Assembly (NCBI GenBank): GCA_035911095.1
Contig: JAMHWF010000005.1
Span: 126,093-190,092 of the forward strand
Origin: Ideonella sp.
GTDB taxonomy: Bacteria; Pseudomonadota; Gammaproteobacteria; Burkholderiales; Burkholderiaceae_C
Reading direction: 5' to 3'
DNA length: 64,000 nt
Shown here: positions 27,548-36,198 of the stretch, in pieces
Layout: every line of letters starts with the position of its first letter
Numbering within the stretch: position 1 is the first letter of the stretch
Notes under the pieces: generated by a model
Told to the model about the DNA's origin: nothing
The model's input: only the letters and a program-made list of their open reading frames with translations
Database searches by the model: none
Position numbers and translations under genes: made by a program

Positions 27548-28072
27548 TCAGATCTTGCCGATCTCCAGCCACTCCGGGCTCGACTCGGTGATCTCGCCGC
27601 TGGTCGCGTCGACCTCGACACGCCAGTCGTGGCCCGAGGCCGGCTTGATGTCGAACTCGTAGACCACCCGGCCGTCGGACTCGATCTCGTACTCGACGCG
27701 TTCGACCGTCCCGGGGAACTTGGCGAGCGCGGTCGCCTTGGCGGCCTCTTCGCTGACCTTGACCTTCTCCTTGAAGCCCGGAGCGTCGGCGCTCGTCACG
27801 CGGGTCTCGGTTTCGGTGATCTTGCCGGTGACGCCGCTGCACTCGATGTCGTAGAGCTTGCCGTCGGCGCCCTCGATCTCGATCTCCCAGCTGGCAGCAC
27901 CTTTCTCGGTCTTCAGCACCGCCTGCAGGATCTCGCCGGGGAACTTGGCGAGCACGGTCGGCCCGCAGCGCTCGATGCCGACGGCGACCTTCGGGAACTT
28001 TTCGGCCTTCTGGGCCCAGACGGGTGCGGCGGCCAGCGCAGCGAGGGAGATGGATAGCACGATAGGGCGCAT
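27548..28072 (-). CDS. PepSY domain-containing periplasmic protein (two PepSY repeats)
   Basis: The signal peptide is MRPIVLSISLAALAAAPVWA. Two repeats of the pattern A...A...PG.......E.......YE.......G....V.VDA.TG..I are present, and an AGGAA SD lies upstream. Confidence 0.75.
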   Translation of the reverse strand: MRPIVLSISLAALAAAPVWAQKAEKFPKVAVGIERCGPTVLAKFPGEILQAVLKTEKGAASWEIEIEGADGKLYDIECSGVTGKITETETRVTSADAPGFKEKVKVSEEAAKATALAKFPGTVERVEYEIESDGRVVYEFDIKPASGHDWRVEVDATSGEITESSPEWLEIGKI

Positions 28073-28219
28073 GAAGTTTTCCTGTTGTGTTGAGGAATAC
28101 CGAGCGTCGCACCTGAAAGTTAGGGAGTTTTTCCCGATTTGCGTCGTCGTGGGGCTCCGGCAGCCGTGGGTGGTGCATCGACGACACTTTCCATTCCAAG
28201 CAGCAGCCAGCATCCGCCG

Positions 28220-28660
28220 ATGCGCTTCGCAGACTTCCACCCGGGCCTGGTGATCGAGCATGGGCCCTACCAGCTCGACGAGGCCTCGCTGCTGGCCTTC
28301 GCCCGCGAGCACGACCCCCAGTGGTTCCACACGGACCCCGGGCGCGCGGCGGCCGGCCGCTGGGGCGGGCTGATCGCGAGTGGCTGGCAGACCTGCGCGA
28401 TCGCGATGCGTCTGGTCGTCGAGGCCGCCCTCGAAGGCTCGGAGTCCTTCGCCTCGCCGGGACTCGCCTACGTGCGCTGGCCGCAGCCCGTCCGCGCCGG
28501 CGACGAGCTGCGTCTGCGGGCGACGGTGCTCGAAGCGTGCCGCAGCGAGCGCCACGCGACGCTCGGCCTGCTGCGCTGGCGCTGGCAGCTCTTCAACCAG
28601 CACGGCGCCGAGGTGCTCGACCTCGAAGCCACGAGCCTGTTCGACCTGAAGCCGCGTTGA
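28220..28660 (+). CDS. MaoC-like (hot-dog fold) dehydratase family protein
   Basis: The 146-aa protein contains FAREHDPQWFHTDP, IASGWQT and GDELR. Confidence 0.75.
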   Translation: MRFADFHPGLVIEHGPYQLDEASLLAFAREHDPQWFHTDPGRAAAGRWGGLIASGWQTCAIAMRLVVEAALEGSESFASPGLAYVRWPQPVRAGDELRLRATVLEACRSERHATLGLLRWRWQLFNQHGAEVLDLEATSLFDLKPR

Positions 28661-28706
28661 TCCTGCGCCGCCGAGCGGCCGCGGCCGGGCGTCGATCGCG
28701 TCGCGC

Positions 28707-29180
28707 TCAGCGCGGGCCGACCGGCAGCGGCGACGGGGGCTTGATCTCCTCCAGGCAGATCATCGAGCGCACGTCGTCCACCCCGGGCACCTGCATCAGC
28801 ACGTCGGTCAGGAATGCCGACAGGCTCTTCAGATCGTGAGCGACCACTTTCAAAAGATAGTCGCTGTCGCCTGACACGGTATGGCACTCGAGCACCGCTT
28901 CGAAGCCGCGGATCGTCGCCTCGAGCTCGCGCATGCGACCGAACTGGTCGCCGCGGACGTTCAGGCTGACGAAAGCCGTGACCGCGAGGCCGAGCGCCTC
29001 GGGCGCGAGTTGCGCGGCGTAGCCGCGGATCACGCCGCGCTCTTCCAGCGCGCGCACCCGGCGCAAACATTGCGGGGCCGAGAGGTGCACCTGAGCGGAG
29101 AGCTCGACGTTCGAGGCCCGGCCGTCAAGCTGGAGACCCTCAAGAATCCTGCGGTCAATCGCGTCAAGATCGTCGTTCAT
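28707..29180 (-). CDS. Lrp/AsnC family transcriptional regulator
   Basis: The N-terminal region reads LDAIDRRILEGLQLDGRASNVELSAQVHLSAPQCLRRVRALEERGVIRGY. The C-terminal RAM domain contains ECHTVSGDSDYLLKV. Confidence 0.9.
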   Translation of the reverse strand: MNDDLDAIDRRILEGLQLDGRASNVELSAQVHLSAPQCLRRVRALEERGVIRGYAAQLAPEALGLAVTAFVSLNVRGDQFGRMRELEATIRGFEAVLECHTVSGDSDYLLKVVAHDLKSLSAFLTDVLMQVPGVDDVRSMICLEEIKPPSPLPVGPR

Positions 29181-29195
29181 ATGGAAGGACATCAT

Positions 29196-29212
29196 ATGTA
29201 TGCACGATACAT
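29196..29212. promoter_or_regulatory. Inverted repeat ATGTAT-N5-ATACAT in the divergent lrp/rocD intergenic region (candidate Lrp-type site)
   Basis: The repeat sits in an AT-rich spacer between divergently transcribed regulator and aminotransferase genes. The 6-bp arms are perfect. Confidence 0.35.
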
Positions 29213-29305
29213 GCGCCAATTGGCGTGTTCTTGAAAGAATATGCAAACAAGTTTCTCTCCGGCACCTCTACAGTGCCAAACTACCGGATTCCCGATGGAG
29301 TGCGC

Positions 29306-30592
29306 ATGAACAGCTTGCTAGAGGGCCATCCCGCCACCGCGGAACACATCGCATCGGCTTCTGCCGCGGCCACGGCGAGTGCAGCGGCGCGCCCGGCTGA
29401 GCTCGAGATGCGATACGGGGCGACCAACTACGACCCGCTGCCGGTGACCTTCGTGCGCGGCGAAGGCGCGCACCTCTGGGACGACCGCGGGCGGCGCTAC
29501 CTGGACATGATGTCGGCCTACTCGGCCGTCAGCTTCGGTCACTCCAACCCGGTGCTGCTGAAGGCGCTGACCGAGCAGGCCCAGCGCCTCGCGGTGCTGT
29601 CGCGCTCGTTCCACACCGCCACGCTCGGCCCCTTCCTGAAGCGCATCTGCGAGGTCACGGGGATGGACCGCGCGCTGCCGATGAACACCGGCGCCGAGGC
29701 AGTCGAGACCGCGATCAAGGCGGCGCGCAAATGGGCCTACCAGGTCAAGCGGGTGCCGGACGGGCGGGCGCAGATCATCGTCGCGGCCGGCAACTTCGCG
29801 GGCCGCACGACGACGATCGTCGGCTTCTCGAGCGAGGCGCAGTACCGCGAGGGCTTCGGCCCCTTCGCACCCGGCTTCGTGCACGTGCCGTTCGGCGACG
29901 CGGCGGCGCTCGAGGATGCGATCACGCCGGACACCGCGGCCTTCCTGGTCGAGCCGGTGCAGGGCGAGGCCGGCATCGTCGTGCCGCCGCCCGGCTACCT
30001 GCGGCAGGTGCGCGAGATCTGCACGCGCCACAACGTGCTGATGATCTGCGACGAGGTGCAGACGGGGCTCGGCCGCACCGGCCGCGTGCTGGCCTGCGAG
30101 CACGAGGCCGTGCGCCCGGACGGCGTCACGCTGGGCAAGGCGCTCGGCGGCGGGCTGCTGGCGGTGAGCGCCTTCGCCGCGCGCGAGGACGTGCTCGGCG
30201 TGTTCCGCCCCGGCGATCACGGCAGCACCTTCGGCGGCAATCCGCTCGGTGCGGCGGTCGGCACGGCGGCGCTTGACCTGCTGATCGAGCAGAACTACTC
30301 GGCGCGCGCAGCTGAACTCGGCGAATACCTGCTGAAGCAGTTGAACGCGCTGAAGCACCCCGGCATCCGGGCGGTGCGCGGGCTCGGCCTGCTGGTCGGG
30401 GTCGACTTCCATCCGTCCTTTGCCGGTGCGCGCGAACTGTGCGAGCTATTGCTCGAAGAGGGCGCCGTGAGCAAGGACACCCACGGCACGGTGCTGCGCT
30501 TCGCACCGCCGCTGATCGTGACGCGCGAGCAGATCGACGAGGCGGTCGAGGCGCTGAAGCGCGCCCTCGCGCGCGCCGAGCGGCGCGGCTGA
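29306..30592 (+). CDS. rocD: Ornithine--oxo-acid aminotransferase (class III PLP aminotransferase)
   Basis: The hallmarks are YGATNYDPLPV, LDMMSAYSAVSFGH, NTGAEAVE, EPVQGEAG, CDEVQTGLGRTG and the PLP-Lys region TLGKALGGG. A GGAG SD precedes the ATG at 29306. Confidence 0.85.
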   Translation: MNSLLEGHPATAEHIASASAAATASAAARPAELEMRYGATNYDPLPVTFVRGEGAHLWDDRGRRYLDMMSAYSAVSFGHSNPVLLKALTEQAQRLAVLSRSFHTATLGPFLKRICEVTGMDRALPMNTGAEAVETAIKAARKWAYQVKRVPDGRAQIIVAAGNFAGRTTTIVGFSSEAQYREGFGPFAPGFVHVPFGDAAALEDAITPDTAAFLVEPVQGEAGIVVPPPGYLRQVREICTRHNVLMICDEVQTGLGRTGRVLACEHEAVRPDGVTLGKALGGGLLAVSAFAAREDVLGVFRPGDHGSTFGGNPLGAAVGTAALDLLIEQNYSARAAELGEYLLKQLNALKHPGIRAVRGLGLLVGVDFHPSFAGARELCELLLEEGAVSKDTHGTVLRFAPPLIVTREQIDEAVEALKRALARAERRG

Positions 30593-30633
30593 GGCTCTCG
30601 CGGCCGGCGCTGCCGCCGCCGCTGCTGCTGCGT

Positions 30634-30660
30634 CCCGGCCGGAGCCGAGGCACGGCCGGG
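30634..30660. terminator. GC-rich hairpin between convergent rocD and pcaF
   Basis: An 8-bp stem (CCCGGCCG / CGGCCGGG) closes an 11-nt loop. There is no U-tract, so intrinsic termination is uncertain. Confidence 0.3.
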
Positions 30661-30686
30661 TCCCGCGTCCTGGCGAGTGCTCCCGC

Positions 30687-31895
<1,209 letters not shown>

Positions 31896-31916
31896 GGGTC
31901 TGTCTCCGGGTAGGGG

Positions 31917-32906
31917 TCAGTCGAGCGAGACGTTGGCCGACTTGATGATCTTTTCGAAGCGCGCCGACTCGCTGGCGATGAAGCGCTTGAACTCGGGCGC
32001 GCCGATCGGGAAGGGCTCGTAGCCGAAGGCCTCGTACCGGGTCTTGATGTCGGGCTCGGCGAGCGCCTTCTCGATGTCGCCGCGGATCTTCGCCAGGCGC
32101 TCCGGCGGCAGGCCTGGCGGCGCGGCGATCGCCGTCCAGCCGATGACGTCGAAGTTCGCCGGCCCGCCCGACTCCCCGACCGTCGGCACGTCGGGGAAGG
32201 CAGGCAGGCGCTTCGAGCCGGTCACCGCGAGGTAGCGCAGCTTGCTGGCGCGATAGAGCGCGCCCGAGGTGCCGCTGCTGCCGAGCGCGAACGAGAGCTC
32301 CCCGTTGGCGACGCCGGTGTAGAGCTGCGAGGTCTCCTTGTAGATCACGTGCTCCATCTGCGTGCCGGTGATCGACTCGAACTGCTCCGAACCCAGGTGC
32401 ACCGGGTTGCCGATCGACCAGGAGCCGTAGTTCAGCTGCCCCGGGTGGGCCTTCGCGTCGGCGATCAGATCGCCGACGGTCTTGTAGGGGCTGCTCGTCG
32501 CGACGGCGAAGAAGAACTGGGTCTTGAACTGCGGCAGTACCAGCTCGAAGTCCTTCTGCGCGTCGTAGGGCAGCTTCTTGAACAGGTGCGGGTAGGCGAC
32601 GAGGTGCACGTTGTCGAGCTGGATCAGGTCGTAGCCCGACTTGTCGCCGCGCTTGAAGGCGTCGATCGCGATGAAGCCGTTGGCGCCCGGCTTGTTCTCG
32701 ATGACGACCGGCTGGCCCCACAGGCGCTGCAGCTTCTCGGCGAGCAGCCGGGTCACGGCCTCGGGGCCGGCCCCGGCGGGGAAGGGCGTCAGGATGCGCA
32801 CCGGCTTGTTCGGGAAGTCGTCGGCGGCCTGCGCGGCGCCAGCGGCGAGGCCGAAGCCCACCGCGAGCAGGGAGGCGCCGGCGGCGCGGCGGGTGAGGGT
32901 CTTCAT
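31917..32906 (-). CDS. Bug family (TctC-like) substrate-binding protein
   Basis: It has a signal peptide and the family motifs PNKPVRILTPFPAGAGPE, NYGSWSIGNPVHL and AVTGSKRLPAFPDVPT. An AAGGAGA SD lies upstream. Confidence 0.9.
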   Translation of the reverse strand: MKTLTRRAAGASLLAVGFGLAAGAAQAADDFPNKPVRILTPFPAGAGPEAVTRLLAEKLQRLWGQPVVIENKPGANGFIAIDAFKRGDKSGYDLIQLDNVHLVAYPHLFKKLPYDAQKDFELVLPQFKTQFFFAVATSSPYKTVGDLIADAKAHPGQLNYGSWSIGNPVHLGSEQFESITGTQMEHVIYKETSQLYTGVANGELSFALGSSGTSGALYRASKLRYLAVTGSKRLPAFPDVPTVGESGGPANFDVIGWTAIAAPPGLPPERLAKIRGDIEKALAEPDIKTRYEAFGYEPFPIGAPEFKRFIASESARFEKIIKSANVSLD

Positions 32907-32946
32907 CGTGGGTCTCCTTGGCTTGTCGCGGGGCGCGCCGGCCGGC

Positions 32947-33621
32947 TCAGGCGGCGGGCTTCAGCGGCACGCCGGTGCGCTGTTGCAACTCGTCGAACGA
33001 GATGCCTTCGGCGCGCTCGATCACGACCACGCCCTCGGGCGTGATCTCGAGCACCGCGAGGTCGGTGTAGATGCGGCTCACGCAGCCGATGCCGGTCAGC
33101 GGGTAGGTGCAGGCGGGGACGATCTTGCTTTCGCCGCTCTTCGTGGTGTGCTCCATCATCACGAAGGTCTTCTTGGCGCCGATCGCCAGGTCCATCGCAC
33201 CGCCGACCGCGGGGATCGCGTCGAAGGCGCCGGTGTGCCAGTTGGCGAGATCGCCGCTGCCGGAGACCTGGAAGGCGCCGAGCACGCAGAAGTCGAGATG
33301 GCCGCCGCGCATCATCGCGAAGCTGTCGGCGTGGTGGAAGAAGCTGCCGCCGGCGAGCAGCGTCACCGGCTGCTTGCCGGCGTTGATCAGGTCGTAGTCC
33401 TCGCTGCCCTTGGCCGGGGCCGGGCCCATGCCGATGACGCCGTTCTCGCTGTGCAGCACCACCTCGCGGTCGGGCGGCAGGTGGTTGGCCACCAGCGTCG
33501 GCAGGCCGATGCCGAGGTTGACGACGGCGCCGTCGGGGATGTCCTGCGCGACGCGGGCGGCCATCTGGTCGCGGGTCCATTTGCCTGTGGCGGGCTTGGT
33601 GGTCGTGGAGGTCGCGGTCAT
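32947..33621 (-). CDS. pcaJ: 3-oxoacid (3-oxoadipate) CoA-transferase subunit B
   Basis: It contains VNLGIGLPT and the catalytic-Glu motif SENGVIGMGP, plus GGAMDL. An AGGAGA SD lies upstream of the ATG at 33621. Confidence 0.9.
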   Translation of the reverse strand: MTATSTTTKPATGKWTRDQMAARVAQDIPDGAVVNLGIGLPTLVANHLPPDREVVLHSENGVIGMGPAPAKGSEDYDLINAGKQPVTLLAGGSFFHHADSFAMMRGGHLDFCVLGAFQVSGSGDLANWHTGAFDAIPAVGGAMDLAIGAKKTFVMMEHTTKSGESKIVPACTYPLTGIGCVSRIYTDLAVLEITPEGVVVIERAEGISFDELQQRTGVPLKPAA

Positions 33622-33873
33622 GGTGGTCTCCTGTCGTGTCCTGTATAGAGAGTGCGCGGGACGCGGCGGCTGACGCGGATCGATCCGGCCCGGCGCCTCG
33701 CCGTTCGGTCCGGCTCGATGCCGGCCGCGGAGATGACGCGGCCCACTTCGTCGATTCGGCCTACATCAGGGCCGCGGCATCGGCCCCGTTGCCGCCGAGC
33801 GGCTGCGCGCCCTCGCCCTGGAAGGCGTCGAGCAGCGCGGGCGCCTTGCGCGGCCTCGATGCGCACCGGGCCC

Positions 33874-34575
33874 TCAGGCCGCGGCCTTGAAGCCGCCCGC
33901 GGTCGTCGCGGTGCGGGCGACCTGGACGAGGCGCTGCACGAAGATCCCGGGCGTGACCACCGCCTCCGGGTCGAGCGTGCCGAGCTCGACCACCTCGTGT
34001 ACGGTCGCGATCGTTGTCTTCGCGGCCATCGCCATCACCGGGCCGAAGTTGCGCGCGGTCATGCGGTAGGTCAGGTTGCCCCAGCGGTCGCCGCGCTCGG
34101 CCTTGATCAGCGCGTAGTCGGCGTGGATCGGCGCCTCGAGCACGTACATGCGGCCGCCGATCTCGCGCGTCTCCTTGCCCTTGGCGAGCTCGGTGCCGTA
34201 GCCGGTCGGCGTGAAGAAGCCGCCGATGCCGGCGCCGGCAGCGCGGATGCGCTCGGCGAGGTTGCCCTGCGGGACGAGTTCGAGCTCGATCTGGCCGCTG
34301 CGGTACAGGGCGTCGAAGTGGTGGCTGTCGGCCTGGCGCGGGAAGCTGCAGACGATCTTGCGCACGCGCTTCTTCGCCAGCAGCGCCGCCAGGCCGATGT
34401 CGCCGTTGCCGGCGTTGTTGTTGACGATCACCAGATCGCGCGCGCCTTGCTCGATCAGCGCGTCGATCAGCTCGTTGGGCAGGCCGGCGGTGCCGAAGCC
34501 GCCGATCATCACCGTGGCGCCGTCGGGCACGTCGCGCAGGGCTTCGGCGGGCGAGGAGGAGATCTTGTCGATCAT
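33874..34575 (-). CDS. pcaI: 3-oxoacid (3-oxoadipate) CoA-transferase subunit A
   Basis: It contains DGATVMIGGFGTAGLPNELI, VNNNAGNG and VPQGNLAERIRAAGAGI. Confidence 0.9.
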   Translation of the reverse strand: MIDKISSSPAEALRDVPDGATVMIGGFGTAGLPNELIDALIEQGARDLVIVNNNAGNGDIGLAALLAKKRVRKIVCSFPRQADSHHFDALYRSGQIELELVPQGNLAERIRAAGAGIGGFFTPTGYGTELAKGKETREIGGRMYVLEAPIHADYALIKAERGDRWGNLTYRMTARNFGPVMAMAAKTTIATVHEVVELGTLDPEAVVTPGIFVQRLVQVARTATTAGGFKAAA

Positions 34576-34629
34576 GGGTGTCTCCGGTGGATGTGCCGCG
34601 AGTCGGACTCATGAAGCCCGCCGGTAAAT

Positions 34630-34664
34630 GTTCTTTAATAGAACTACAGTTCCTTAATAGAACT
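34630..34664. promoter_or_regulatory. Tandem palindromic operator-like repeats upstream of pcaI
   Basis: GTTCTTTAATAGAACT (34630-34645) and GTTCCTTAATAGAACT (34649-34664) differ by one mismatch and recur with a 19-nt period. Each contains GTTCN5-6AGAAC dyad symmetry. They lie 55-90 nt upstream of the pcaI ATG in the only AT-rich patch of the spacer. Confidence 0.55.
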
Positions 34665-34857
34665 TTGAGCGAACTATAGCGTCTCTTGCTGGCGCTTAGC
34701 CAGGTTTTTTCGTCGTGCTTGCGCTTCGCAAGGGTTCCAGCGCGGCAGGAATGCCTGCTGTGAGGGCTCCGCCGGCAGCCGGGCGATTCAAGCCGCCGAG
34801 CGTCGCTGCCGAAAACTGAGCACCGGCCGCACCCTCTCCTGGGGCGGTGGCAGCCCT

Positions 34858-36198
34858 ATGAACCAGATCAGCTCCGATCCGCACGTCGACATCCAGAACC
34901 TCAAGGTCGGGATGTTTGTGCATCTCGACCTGGGCTGGATGTCCCATCCCTTCCCGCGTGGCAGCTTCAAGATTTCCGACCCCGGGCAGATCGAGACGAT
35001 CCGCACGCTCGGCCTGAAGCGCCTTCGCTGGTCGCCCGAGAAGAGCGACCTCGACGAATCGGCCGCCGGCGCGATGCCTGGCCAAGGCGTCGGGCTGCAC
35101 ACCTGGACCGGCGCCGAGGCCGATGCGCAGCGACTGGCCGCCGAGAGCGCGCCGACCGGGGACGTCACCGCCAGCCCCCCCGCCGACGCGTCCACGCGCC
35201 GCCGCAGCGCGGTCGCCGAGCAACGCGAGGCCCGGCGCGAGTGCGAGCGTCGCTTCACCGAGGCGAGCGGTCGCCTGCGCCAGGCGCTCTACCTCACCGC
35301 CACCCAGCCGGAGCAGGCCGGCGACCAGACCGAGGCGCTGACGCGCGATGTCGTCGAGAAACTGCTCGGCGACCGCGAGATGTCGATCCGGTTGCTCAGC
35401 GAGTCGTCGAACGACCGCAGTTCGCTGCACGCGATGAACGTCGCGGTGATCTCGCTGCTGCTCGGGCGCGCGGTCGGCCTCGGCGAGGAAGAACTGCTGG
35501 ACATCGGCGTCGGCGCCCTGTTGCACGACATCGGCAAGCTCGCGCTGCCCGAGCGTGTGCGCCACCGCGAAGACCACTTCACGACGTCCGAGCTCGACTT
35601 CTACCAGAGCCACGTCGCCCAGGGCGTGTCGGCTGGGCGCCGGATGCGCCTGCGCCCCGGCGCCCTGCTGGTGATCGGCCAGCATCACGAGCATGCGGAC
35701 GGCAGCGGCTTCCCGCAGCGCCTGCAGGGCGACCGCCTGACGACGGCCACCAAGATCGTCGCGCTCGTCAACCGCTACGACAACCTGTGCAATCCGGCGC
35801 TGCCCTCGCGGGCGTTGACGCCGCACGAGGCGCTGTCGCTGCTCTTCGCCCAGGGCCGGCACAAGTTCGACGCCGCGATCATGGGCTCGTTCATCAAGAT
35901 GATGGGCGTCTACCCGCCGGGCTCGACGGTGCAGCTCACCGACGACCGCTACGGCCTTGTCACCGCGGTCAGCTCGCACCGGCCCCTGAAGCCGCGCGTG
36001 CTGGTCCACGATCCGAGCGTGCCGGCGGAAGAGGCACTGATCATCGACCTCGAGACATTGCCCGGCGTCGGCATCCGCCGCAGCCTGAAGCCGAGCCAGT
36101 TGCCGCGCGCGGTGCTGGAAGCCCTGACGCCGCGCGAGCGCGTCGTGTACTTCTTCGAGCCGGCGGTGTCCCTGCGCTCGGAGGAGACCCCCGCGTGA
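34858..36198 (+). CDS. HD-GYP domain c-di-GMP phosphodiesterase with N-terminal DUF3391-like domain
   Basis: The N-terminus (LKVGMFVHLDLGWMSHPF) is typical of DUF3391. The HD motif is ALLHDIGK, and the GYP-type motif reads HHEHADGSGFP (GFP variant). Confidence 0.85.
   Translation: MNQISSDPHVDIQNLKVGMFVHLDLGWMSHPFPRGSFKISDPGQIETIRTLGLKRLRWSPEKSDLDESAAGAMPGQGVGLHTWTGAEADAQRLAAESAPTGDVTASPPADASTRRRSAVAEQREARRECERRFTEASGRLRQALYLTATQPEQAGDQTEALTRDVVEKLLGDREMSIRLLSESSNDRSSLHAMNVAVISLLLGRAVGLGEEELLDIGVGALLHDIGKLALPERVRHREDHFTTSELDFYQSHVAQGVSAGRRMRLRPGALLVIGQHHEHADGSGFPQRLQGDRLTTATKIVALVNRYDNLCNPALPSRALTPHEALSLLFAQGRHKFDAAIMGSFIKMMGVYPPGSTVQLTDDRYGLVTAVSSHRPLKPRVLVHDPSVPAEEALIIDLETLPGVGIRRSLKPSQLPRAVLEALTPRERVVYFFEPAVSLRSEETPA

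Noticed and set aside
33618-33866. An 82-aa ORF in the pcaI-pcaJ spacer ([19 protein letters not shown]...).
   Set aside because: It is Arg-rich low-complexity sequence in the frame with poor third-position GC bias. The GC3-rich frame of the spacer is a different one and lacks a start codon (see the finding on this spacer).
34711-34857. c-di-GMP riboswitch (GEMM) in the structured leader of the HD-GYP gene.
   Set aside because: Several small hairpins are present, but none of the conserved GEMM-I/II features I remember (the GCAAA-type tetraloop/receptor or the ACGCAAAGC-like core) can be found. An Infernal scan would confirm their absence.
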